Shown one piece after another: positions 7,567 to 15,857 of a stretch of 32,000 nt of DNA. The DNA lies in the NCBI GenBank assembly GCA_000008085.1, contig AE017199.1:30001-62000 (forward strand), read 5' to 3'. Both the position numbers and the translations under genes were made by a program. A model generated the notes under the pieces. It ran no database searches. It was not told the origin of the DNA and saw nothing but the letters and a program-made list of their open reading frames with translations. The DNA comes from Nanoarchaeum equitans Kin4-M. Its GTDB lineage: Archaea > Nanobdellota > Nanobdellia > Nanobdellales > Nanoarchaeaceae. How positions within the stretch are numbered: position 1 is the stretch's first letter; every line of letters begins with the position of its first letter.

Positions 7567-9014
7567 CTGTAGCGCTCTCTTAACAATTTAATAAAATATT
7601 TTTCATTAACAGGCTCTCCAAAGGATTTTTCTAACAAAACTTTTGGTTCATACATAGAGCCGTATTTATGAATTTTTTCTCTTAAGTATTCTCTAATCGT
7701 AGCAAAGTTTTTGTTTTCTATATGTGTTTCTAAGTCTGGGAAATTGTATTTTATTTGTGCTGCAATTAGATTACCTAAAGTATATGTTGGGAAATACCCT
7801 ATTGCTCCTAAAGACCAATGTATGTCTTGCAAAGCCCCTTCACTATCGTTTTTAGGTTTTATTCCCAAATATTGTTCCATTTTTTCATTCCATATTTCAG
7901 GAATATCCCTAACATCGATTTTGCCTTCTATTAAATCACGCTCTATTTCGTACCTTAATATTATATGAAAATTATAAGTTACATCATCAGACTCAACTCT
8001 TATTGGGATAGGCCTTACTATTGTGAAATACTTAAATAGATCTTCGCTATCAGCATCTATTTTTAGTATATTCTTTACTAAAGGCTCTAAGAATTGGGTA
8101 AACTCTTTTGTTTTAGCAACAACTATTTCCCAAAACCTAGATTGTGATTCATGTATTCCTAGGGATACACCCCCTTGCAATGGGGTTTTCCATAGCTTTT
8201 CATCTATTTGTCTTTCATACAAAGCATGGCCAAACTCATGTATTACCGCTAAAAGAGACCTTCTGAAATCTTTTTTATGATACCAAGTGGTAATTCTTAT
8301 ATCATATAGGCCTAATTCTATAGTAAAAGGATGTGCGCTAACATCTAATCTCATATGGTTAAAATCAAAACCAATCATAGACAATACTGTTTTATTCAAT
8401 AATTCCATTCTTTCTCTATTATATGGTTCATTTTCCAACCAATGATAGTCATGCCAAATCTCTTTTATTCTTTCGTATTCTTTTTTCAAATCCCTCTTTA
8501 ATCTATTAAATAAGGGATCTATGTCTTTAACTGTATAGCCCTCTTCGTATCTATCTAACAAAGCATCGTATGGTGAATATTTATAGCCCAAATATTCAGC
8601 AAACTTTCTTTTAAATTCGACTATTTTTTCTAAATATGGAGCAAATCTGTTAAAATCAGATTTTTTCTTTGCATCTTCCCATACCCTTACAGCTTCTACT
8701 ATAAGCTTATTGTATTCTTCTAACTCTTTTTTAGGAATTTTTGTATAATAGTATATACTTCTTTTTAACACTCTTGCTATTCCTTTTTCAAAATCGTTCT
8801 CTGCTTTTTCTTCTAATTGTTCAACCCATTTAATAAATTCTTTGTCTGTCATTAAATCTTGTATCATTGATTCTATTTTCGATGTTATAAATCCTCTCTC
8901 CTTTGTTTCGCCCTTAGGCATATAAGTTTCAGAATCCCATTCCAATACAGCATTGGCTTTCGCTAGTACCCATATTTTTTCATAATGGTCTAAAATCTTT
9001 TTTACCAAATCCAT
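7563..9014 (-). CDS. M32 (Taq-type) metallocarboxypeptidase
   Basis: HEFGHALY zinc motif, HPF, IHESQSRFWE and DIHWS..GYFPTYTLG, all typical of family M32. Confidence 0.85.
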   Translation of the reverse strand: MDLVKKILDHYEKIWVLAKANAVLEWDSETYMPKGETKERGFITSKIESMIQDLMTDKEFIKWVEQLEEKAENDFEKGIARVLKRSIYYYTKIPKKELEEYNKLIVEAVRVWEDAKKKSDFNRFAPYLEKIVEFKRKFAEYLGYKYSPYDALLDRYEEGYTVKDIDPLFNRLKRDLKKEYERIKEIWHDYHWLENEPYNRERMELLNKTVLSMIGFDFNHMRLDVSAHPFTIELGLYDIRITTWYHKKDFRRSLLAVIHEFGHALYERQIDEKLWKTPLQGGVSLGIHESQSRFWEIVVAKTKEFTQFLEPLVKNILKIDADSEDLFKYFTIVRPIPIRVESDDVTYNFHIILRYEIERDLIEGKIDVRDIPEIWNEKMEQYLGIKPKNDSEGALQDIHWSLGAIGYFPTYTLGNLIAAQIKYNFPDLETHIENKNFATIREYLREKIHKYGSMYEPKVLLEKSFGEPVNEKYFIKLLRERYR

Positions 9015-9039
9015 ATATAATATGGAAAGTTATAATTTA

Positions 9040-9294
9040 TTAAAATACCAGTTTGTATAATTTGTTCACATTGACCTCTTTCCTATGGTCTTTTATACCT
9101 CTATGCCTTGCACAGCTTGGACATACATATATTTTTCTTTTTTGGCTAAATACTGCAATAACTTCATTTTCTGAAAGCTCTCCAGCAACGTTTGGTTTTG
9201 TGTATATTACATAAGCTTTCTCTTTTGGCAATATCCTTCCACAATAGTAGCATCTTACTGTTTTGGTAGACCTTACTCTCTCGAACAGTACCAC
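9040..9294 (-). CDS. rps26e: ribosomal protein S26e (eS26)
   Basis: VRCYYCGRILPKEKA ... YVCPSCARH matches the eS26 pattern (RCxxCxxxVPKDKA ... YCVSCAIH). Confidence 0.75.
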   Translation of the reverse strand: MVLFERVRSTKTVRCYYCGRILPKEKAYVIYTKPNVAGELSENEVIAVFSQKRKIYVCPSCARHRGIKDHRKEVNVNKLYKLVF

Positions 9295-9322
9295 TCGGTT
9301 TAGTTAGAGTATCCTTTATAAA

Positions 9323-9940
9323 TTATATTTGCATCTTATATCTGCCTCTCCTTTCTATGTCTTCTACCCTTTTCAAAACTTCATCATTTTTATAATATTG
9401 GGCAAATTCTTCCCATCTATCTTTTAGCAATTTTCTTAATTCATACAAATCTACAGCTTTGTCTTCTACTCTATTAGAAATAAAGGACAGACCAAAATCT
9501 ATTATATATAGTTTATCTCCCAATATAAAGTTTTTTGGATGCAAATCGCCATGTATAATATTATTTTCATGCAAAGTATTAATAATTAAGGCCATAGGTT
9601 TTAGATAATGGACAAAATTGCTCACATTTAAGGGTTGGCCTTCAATATATTGCATAGCAATTATAAATTTGTTTTCATCCATAAGATAGGGCTCTGGAGT
9701 ATTAGTTATTTTGTAAGCTTTTTGCAATATTTTGTATTCTCTTCTTAGTCTAAACTTTCTAAGAGAAATATCTATTTTTTCATGTCTATATTTTTTAGGA
9801 GGCCTATATTTTATTATGTAAGGTTTTTTGCCTATTCCTAAAGAATCGTTATAGTCTAAATATATTATTCCTTCACTTCCCCGAGCTATTTCCATAGGAT
9901 TGTCCTTCGTATACAAATAAATATTTATCGCATCTCCCAT
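9323..9940 (-). CDS. bud32: Bud32/PRPK-type small protein kinase (KEOPS subunit)
   Basis: RGSEGIIY glycine-loop equivalent, HGDLHPKNF catalytic loop and IDFGLS. At ~200 aa it is typical of Bud32. The real start is probably MEIARGSEG at 9895. Confidence 0.8.
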   Translation of the reverse strand: MGDAINIYLYTKDNPMEIARGSEGIIYLDYNDSLGIGKKPYIIKYRPPKKYRHEKIDISLRKFRLRREYKILQKAYKITNTPEPYLMDENKFIIAMQYIEGQPLNVSNFVHYLKPMALIINTLHENNIIHGDLHPKNFILGDKLYIIDFGLSFISNRVEDKAVDLYELRKLLKDRWEEFAQYYKNDEVLKRVEDIERRGRYKMQI

Positions 9941-11099
9941 AGACTTTAAATTTTATTATTAAAGCTTTGTCCATAAAAGTGGCAATAAAGTTTCTAACTA
10001 TTAAATCATAAATAAGGCTTTCTTTTTTTGATAACCCTTTAGGGATTATACCAGTAGGATAAATAGCGGGATGGGCATCCTCTATATTACCATTGTTCGG
10101 CTTTAGGATGGGTTTTTTAAGCAAATAACTTATGTAATAACTATAACCCCACAATTTTAGTTTTTCTAGTATATATCTATAGTCTAAGCTCTCTGGCAAT
10201 ATATTTGAACTAGTCCTAGGATAGCTTATATAGCCATTTGTATATAGTTTTTGCAATATTAACAAAGTATCCTTGGGCGATATTTTATAGAATTTGTATG
10301 CATCCTGTTGTATAGCGCTTAAATTGTATGGATGTGGAGGAGGCAAATAAACTTTTTCCTCTTTTACTCTTACTATTTTTAATTCTTTGCATTTGGCTAT
10401 CTCTTTGGCCCTTTCTAAATTTTTAAGCTTCTCTATATAGTAAAATTTGTAGTTTTTGTGTATAAATACTACTCTATAATACTCTTCTGGTATGAAATTA
10501 GATATCTCTTTTTCTCTCTCATATACTAATCTTAAAGTTGGCCCCTGCACACGGCCAATGCTTAAGGTTACATCTTTAACATAATGCCTTAAAGCATAAG
10601 TTAATGCTCTAGACAAATTAATCCCATAAAGCCAATCTATTATATGTCTAGTCTCTCCTGCTATTGCTAAGTTTTTGTCTATAGATTCTCTTAGATTAAA
10701 AAATGCTTCCCTAAGATCTTTTGGAGTTAATGCAGAGAAAACCATTCTTTTCGCATTGGTTTTGTTTAGAGCAAACCTCAATATATTATAACCAATTAGC
10801 TCTCCTTCCAAATCATAGTCTGTTGCAACTATTACTTCTTTTTCGTTTTTATATTTTGAAAATGCTTTAGCAAATTTTGTTTTACCTTTTTCTACATTCC
10901 AAAAATAATCAAATACTGGATAACCTCTTTGGTTTGTATCTAAATTATATATATGGCCTGCTGCAGGTATAACAATAACGGGTTTGCTATCTATTTTAAA
11001 ATAATATTGGGGGGGATTTTTTGATATTAGCTTATAATTTGTAGTAAGGGAAAAAGTTATTCTTTTTGCTACCGAGGGTTTTTCCGCTATAATAATCAT
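9873..11099 (-). CDS. topA: DNA topoisomerase IA, N-terminal fragment only (split gene)
   Basis: MIIIAEKPSVA and TDYDLEGE (Toprim), the active-site Tyr context GYISYPRTSS, and AHPAIYPT. The ORF stops at 408 aa without the remainder of the core. The downstream DNA is fully occupied by bud32. Confidence 0.85.
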   Translation of the reverse strand: MIIIAEKPSVAKRITFSLTTNYKLISKNPPQYYFKIDSKPVIVIPAAGHIYNLDTNQRGYPVFDYFWNVEKGKTKFAKAFSKYKNEKEVIVATDYDLEGELIGYNILRFALNKTNAKRMVFSALTPKDLREAFFNLRESIDKNLAIAGETRHIIDWLYGINLSRALTYALRHYVKDVTLSIGRVQGPTLRLVYEREKEISNFIPEEYYRVVFIHKNYKFYYIEKLKNLERAKEIAKCKELKIVRVKEEKVYLPPPHPYNLSAIQQDAYKFYKISPKDTLLILQKLYTNGYISYPRTSSNILPESLDYRYILEKLKLWGYSYYISYLLKKPILKPNNGNIEDAHPAIYPTGIIPKGLSKKESLIYDLIVRNFIATFMDKALIIKFKVYGRCDKYLFVYEGQSYGNSSGK

Positions 11100-11406
11100 C
11101 TATACCTTGAGAGTGTATGATTAATATACTTTTACCATTATAAACAGCGCTCCCACTAAACCTTTTTTCATCGGCAATTCTAGATAATGTATACAAGTTC
11201 CTATAAAAAGGAATATTAAGCTTTTCCTCCACATCTTCCATAGTAAGTTTCTTTATTTTTCCGTTTTTTCTGTACAATTCTATTAATTCGCTCTCAATAA
11301 TTGTTACTTTGTTAATATTTTTCATAGAGTTTAATAGGTTTACTAACAACATTAGGGTTGGAATATCTATTTTTTTCGTAAATGCTAACTCTATGTGGTA
11401 TTCCAT
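11032..11406 (-). CDS. hypothetical protein
   Basis: 124-aa ORF with no recognisable motif. Its 3' end overlaps the topA start by 68 nt. Confidence 0.35.
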   Translation of the reverse strand: MEYHIELAFTKKIDIPTLMLLVNLLNSMKNINKVTIIESELIELYRKNGKIKKLTMEDVEEKLNIPFYRNLYTLSRIADEKRFSGSAVYNGKSILIIHSQGIDDYYSGKTLGSKKNNFFPYYKL

Positions 11407-11482
11407 AGCAATATTTATTATCTATCATTTAATAATTTTTCACTTATATAAGGTATTTTATTATTACAACATAAAGCCTTGT

Positions 11483-12061
11483 ATGATGCTACTTGTTGGT
11501 TTAGGTGGTTTAGGCTCTTTGCTAGCATACTATTTAAGAGTTCTGTATAAAAAATGGTTTGTTGTTTTGGACAAAGATATTGTTGATGAGAGCAATATAA
11601 AATACCACCCCTTTTATAATAAAAAAGATTTGGGCGAGTACAAAGCTAAAATAGTGGGTAATAGATTGGGTTTGCCTTACATAATATCTGACATAAAAGA
11701 TATAGATCTTTCTCCTTACAAAATTGTAATAGAAGCTTTAGATAATTGGAGGGATAGAAAATATTTAATAAAAAAGTCTAAAGAGTTAGGTTTTATTCTA
11801 ATACATACTGCGGTTAGCGAAGACAAGGGAGAATTGGCCATAATTAAAGAAAGCCACGATTATTTTCTAAAATTCGAAGGAGAAGGGCATGCCAGAAATT
11901 ATATGCCTTTAATATTTTCTCCTATTGCGGCATGGTTTATCGATAATTATTACCAATATTTTGACAAATTTGTAATTTTTAAGGATTGGGAAATAACTAT
12001 ATTAAATGCGAAGCGTGTCCCTAACTTTAAACACAATAGTAATGATAGCTTTGGCGATTAG
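11483..12061 (+). CDS. ThiF/MoeB-family E1-like adenylyltransferase (short form)
   Basis: VGLGGLGS Rossmann loop and LDKDIVDESNI. The ORF-track N-terminal extension (11309-11482) is antisense to the previous gene. TTATATAA (11444-11451) lies about 30-35 nt upstream of ATG 11483. Confidence 0.6.
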   Translation: MMLLVGLGGLGSLLAYYLRVLYKKWFVVLDKDIVDESNIKYHPFYNKKDLGEYKAKIVGNRLGLPYIISDIKDIDLSPYKIVIEALDNWRDRKYLIKKSKELGFILIHTAVSEDKGELAIIKESHDYFLKFEGEGHARNYMPLIFSPIAAWFIDNYYQYFDKFVIFKDWEITILNAKRVPNFKHNSNDSFGD

Positions 12062-12803
12062 CGTTTTTTCCATATTATTTATTGTTCTATCCAAAACACA
12101 GAAATCAACAAACTATATTTTGGGTTCTCAAAAAATTGTTGTAACAGATGTAGCTAAATTAGAGGAAACCCGTAATATATGTAAATCTTTATGCGAAAGG
12201 GCGAAACTATTAGATTTTCTTAGCTCCACATATTGCAATAAGAAATTCGAATTAAAAATAATTGAAAATAACGAAACTGTTAATAAATTGTTCTATTGCT
12301 GGCAACCCCCAATAAATGTGAAATGTGAATTCTCCAAAAGCATTCCTGGAGAAGGAATCTATTTTTATTATGAAAGCGATAAATGCGAATACTTCTTTAT
12401 AAGCGATACCGAATTAAATAGGCTAAAAAGCCAATATTTATATAAAATGAAAGAGCTAACAGTCAATGATTTGTATAATGATAATAACTACGAAAACAAA
12501 ATAACTATCGATAAGCCCTTACCAACTCTAAAAATAAAGGAATTGGATGATTACAATTTTAATATAGAATGCCAGTTAATTTCTGAATTCGACAACAAAA
12601 ATATTGATAGTCAAACTAAATATGTGTTATTCTCGGCAAAACTAAAAATTAATGGCAATTACAATGGGAATGACATAAACATAGAAGGCTATTACCCAAT
12701 AACATGGAAGGTTTTGCCTAATAATCCAAACATAAAACAATATATTATAGATTATTTTTCCAATTTTTGCTCTTTGTTGATACAATATATAAAATATGAA
12801 TAA
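12006..12803 (+). CDS. Cys-rich hypothetical protein with pilin-like hydrophobic N-terminus
   Basis: N-terminus MRSVS/LTLNTIVMIALAISVFSILFIVL, followed by a soluble Cys-rich domain. 56-nt overlap with the previous gene. Confidence 0.45.
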   Translation: MRSVSLTLNTIVMIALAISVFSILFIVLSKTQKSTNYILGSQKIVVTDVAKLEETRNICKSLCERAKLLDFLSSTYCNKKFELKIIENNETVNKLFYCWQPPINVKCEFSKSIPGEGIYFYYESDKCEYFFISDTELNRLKSQYLYKMKELTVNDLYNDNNYENKITIDKPLPTLKIKELDDYNFNIECQLISEFDNKNIDSQTKYVLFSAKLKINGNYNGNDINIEGYYPITWKVLPNNPNIKQYIIDYFSNFCSLLIQYIKYE

Positions 12804-12813
12804 TTTTTAACCG

Positions 12814-14436
12814 ATGGATAGAGAAAAAGCATTACAAATAGTGGAAAAATTTAAAAAAGAATTACCAGTTGTAGGCGCAGCTATAATACCTAATAATTTA
12901 CCAACTTTCGAGAGATATATTAAATCTCTAGTAGAAGAGGGTTATTTATTAGAAAAATTCGTTGACGAAGCGAAGAGTAAGCCCCATTTAATTATATTAA
13001 TAAAAGATTTTGAGAAACCAAATGAAATAAAAAAGAAAACTGCTGAAGTATTATACGAAGTAGCCAAAGAGAGGCCCCCATTTTGGGTTTTGCCTTTGTT
13101 AGTTAAAGAAAATTTCTTTAATTTATTGTCTAGAACAGGTTTCCTAGAAATAATGCCTTACATAGATGTTTTGTTCGATGAAATATATTTGCAAGCAGCA
13201 AAATTTGGGGGGCTATATTTATATGCATTAGCCAGAAGGTTAGGCGATGGATTAGTTGCATTTGTTTTAGCCGGCTCCGCAGCGAGAGGAGAATACAAAG
13301 AGAATAGCGATATAGACTTTTTCGTAATATATGATGATACTATAATACATAAACCAGTAAGGCATGAATTATTGTTGTTGGTAGAACCTTTTAGGATTAC
13401 CGCAGGAATAGAAAGACGTGTTAATATACAGGTTTATTCTTTGTCTTCTTTTTGGGATAGCCTTAGACAAACGAACCCAGTAATAATAACATTCTTAAGA
13501 GACGGGGTTCCATTGTATGATAGGAGAGAATTCACTATATGGAAAACCTTATTAAAAGAAGGCCACATAGTACCAACAAAAGAAGCTGCAGAACAACAAT
13601 TAGTATTAGCTAAAGCCAAATTAGAGGAGATGAAAAAGAAAATGGTTGATTTTGTTATTGAAGATAGTTTTTGGGCATCAATTGCTGCAGCACAATCATT
13701 ATTATTAGCAATAGGTGTTATAACCGTTACTCCAAAAGAAACCATAGGAGAGTTAAGAAAACTGGGTTATAATGAATTAGCAGACATAATAGAACAAATC
13801 TATAATAGAAGGAAAGAGATAGAGCATAGCGATCAAGAGGTTAAAATTGATGGCAAAGAAATAGAAGAAAAATATTTGTTAGCCAAAAAAGTTGTCGAAA
13901 ATGCAGAAAAGGAAATGCCCAAACTAGAGATTGTTGGTATGAAAAGAGAAGTAGAAGCATTAAAAACAGAAATAGAAGCTTTGTTAATAGAAATAGAAAA
14001 AACAGTTCCAAAATTATTCAATGAATTGATTGAGAAGGGCCATATAAGTAAGGAACAATTAGAATTATTGAAAAAGCCATTACCCAACAGTTTATCCGAA
14101 TTGGAAAAAATAAAGAATTCTCTATGGGATTTGTATAGAAAGTTAAGCGTTATTAGGGAAATTAGGGATACTCAATATTTGTTCCATGGCATATTAGTTA
14201 GATATAAGGGGAAAGAGTATATTTTGCTAAAAGCGGACAAATATTATTTGTATGACTCTAACGAAGATAAAGTCTATGTTGTAACTGACGAAGGCCTAAA
14301 AGAAGGGAACAGAGACGAATTAGATGAAAAACTAGAAGAAATAACTGAAGAGAGAGTGCCTATCCCAATAGAGGATCTAATAAAAATAAAACAAATACTT
14401 GGAGATGTAGAGATATTAATTAGTACCCCATATTAG
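12814..14436 (+). CDS. Pol-beta-superfamily nucleotidyltransferase domain protein with helical and coiled-coil extension
   Basis: LAGSAARGEYKENSDIDFFVIYDD (GS..RG...SDiD motif) at about residue 150. This is followed by a helical region and an E/K-rich coiled coil. Confidence 0.55.
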   Translation: MDREKALQIVEKFKKELPVVGAAIIPNNLPTFERYIKSLVEEGYLLEKFVDEAKSKPHLIILIKDFEKPNEIKKKTAEVLYEVAKERPPFWVLPLLVKENFFNLLSRTGFLEIMPYIDVLFDEIYLQAAKFGGLYLYALARRLGDGLVAFVLAGSAARGEYKENSDIDFFVIYDDTIIHKPVRHELLLLVEPFRITAGIERRVNIQVYSLSSFWDSLRQTNPVIITFLRDGVPLYDRREFTIWKTLLKEGHIVPTKEAAEQQLVLAKAKLEEMKKKMVDFVIEDSFWASIAAAQSLLLAIGVITVTPKETIGELRKLGYNELADIIEQIYNRRKEIEHSDQEVKIDGKEIEEKYLLAKKVVENAEKEMPKLEIVGMKREVEALKTEIEALLIEIEKTVPKLFNELIEKGHISKEQLELLKKPLPNSLSELEKIKNSLWDLYRKLSVIREIRDTQYLFHGILVRYKGKEYILLKADKYYLYDSNEDKVYVVTDEGLKEGNRDELDEKLEEITEERVPIPIEDLIKIKQILGDVEILISTPY

Positions 14437-15112
14437 CTTCGTAATAGCTGGCAAATTTTGATAGCAATTCTCTATTGTCCTTTATATAATCGTAAAGCCT
14501 GTTCCTAAAGCATTGCAACCATAAATATATCATAGCGCTGTCCTTATGGGGATATAAATTTATTAAAACTATCTCGTCTGCTTTATCTTTTAGATAATCT
14601 ACACTTTTCTCTAAATAGTCATAATTGGCGGGAATATTAACTAACAAATAAACCCTTAATTTTAAGTTATGCTTTTTAGCCCTATTAACGAATTCTTCAA
14701 AATCTTTTAACCTAAATGGTTTATTTAGTTTTTTTAGCAATTCATCATCTGCCGCCTCTAGGCCTATAGCTAAATATGTAGTAATGTTATATTGCTTCGA
14801 TAGATTTTCTAACTCTTTTGCTTTCTCCTCACTTAGAAATTGGGGTAAAGTTTCTAAAACCAATTCTTTTATATTTCTCTCGCTTGCAAATTTGTATAAC
14901 CATTTAATATACTCAAATGGTATTTGGTTTTCATCCAACACACTACCAGAAACATAAATTTTCAATCTTTTTATGCCATCTTTTACATGTTTTTCTGTAA
15001 ATTCCTTTAGCTCTTCAAAAGTTTTTTTAGGGTATTCCTTTTTTCCCCACCCACAAAATATGCATTTGCCCCAGGCACATTTGCCAGATTTTATAATTAA
15101 TGTTTGCTCCAT
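14420..15112 (-). CDS. radical-SAM-like (Elp3/TIGR01210-like) protein
   Basis: N-terminal GKCAWGKCIFCGWG (Cx4Cx2C) followed by a TIM-barrel-like alternating pattern. The ATG overlaps the upstream stop (TAATG at 15110-15114). Confidence 0.45.
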   Translation of the reverse strand: MEQTLIIKSGKCAWGKCIFCGWGKKEYPKKTFEELKEFTEKHVKDGIKRLKIYVSGSVLDENQIPFEYIKWLYKFASERNIKELVLETLPQFLSEEKAKELENLSKQYNITTYLAIGLEAADDELLKKLNKPFRLKDFEEFVNRAKKHNLKLRVYLLVNIPANYDYLEKSVDYLKDKADEIVLINLYPHKDSAMIYLWLQCFRNRLYDYIKDNRELLSKFASYYEANMGY

Positions 15113-15753
15113 TAGAAAGCTTCAATTACTATTTTATTTATGCCTTTGCTTTTTAATAGGTTAGCAATTTCTATTACGAATTGTCTCGACCCACATATAT
15201 AATAGGTTGCATCATTATATATTAGGCGATCTATGTAATCTTGTACATGCCCATGGTATTCGGATTGTTCTTTAGATAATATAGGAATATATATTATAGG
15301 CAATTGTTCAAACAAATCTCTAAAAACTAACAAATGCTTATACCTTTCTTGGTGTACAACAATAACTTTTTTATTTTGTTTCACCGCTTCAATAGTTAAT
15401 GGCCTTATTGGGGCTATACCTGTGCCAGCCCCTATAAAAATAACTCTATCCGTATCTGCCCTATCTAAAGTGAAATGTCCCATGGGGTTACCTATTTCTA
15501 TTGTTGAACCTAATGGTATTTCAGCTAAATAATTGGACATCAAACCATTGGGTACTCTTTTAATGTAAAACAATAGGTTTTCTTCTTCTGGGTGGGAAGC
15601 GAAAGAATAAAACCTTCTTACCTTGTTATTGTTTATTGTACTTTCAATATATGTAAATTGCCCCGGTTTGTAATTATAATCTTTGGGCCTTTCTACCCAT
15701 AGCAAATAATGGTCTTTATCTATAAATTCCCTTTTTAATATTTTAACCTTCAT
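15112..15753 (-). CDS. ferredoxin-NADP reductase family flavoprotein (FAD/NAD(P)-binding oxidoreductase)
   Basis: RRFYSFAS (RxYS FAD motif), GAGTGIAPIRPL (NAD(P) motif) and a C-terminal YYICGS. Confidence 0.7.
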   Translation of the reverse strand: MKVKILKREFIDKDHYLLWVERPKDYNYKPGQFTYIESTINNNKVRRFYSFASHPEEENLLFYIKRVPNGLMSNYLAEIPLGSTIEIGNPMGHFTLDRADTDRVIFIGAGTGIAPIRPLTIEAVKQNKKVIVVHQERYKHLLVFRDLFEQLPIIYIPILSKEQSEYHGHVQDYIDRLIYNDATYYICGSRQFVIEIANLLKSKGINKIVIEAF

Positions 15754-15780
15754 ATTGCGAAATATGAATAAAATTTAATA

Positions 15781-15829
15781 ATGATGATGGACCAAATTAC
15801 AGAATAATGAAGACGACCACGGGCACTGA
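15781..15829 (+). ncRNA. C/D box sRNA (2'-O-methylation guide)
   Basis: AUGAUGA(C)-UGGACCAAAUUA(12)-CAGA(D')-AUA-AUGAAGA(C')-CGACCACGGGCA(12)-CUGA(D). Intergenic, with a GC-rich second guide in AT-rich surroundings. Confidence 0.75.
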
Positions 15830-15830
15830 G

Positions 15831-15840
15831 TTTTAAATAT
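15831..15840 (+). promoter_or_regulatory. TATA box of aRF1 gene (leaderless)
   Basis: TTTTAAATAT starts 1 nt after the sRNA D box. Its centre is about 23 nt upstream of ATG 15858. Confidence 0.55.
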
Positions 15841-15857
15841 TTTATCATTTACATCCC

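Noticed and set aside
9873-11099. Both ends of the topA fragment overlap their neighbours by exactly 68 nt
   Set aside because: This is probably coincidence. The Bud32 start is more likely at 9895, which reduces one overlap to 23 nt.
11309-11482. N-terminal 58-codon extension of the ThiF-like ORF
   Set aside because: It is antisense to ORF 11032-11406 and contains no family motif. The Rossmann loop begins right after MM at 11483.
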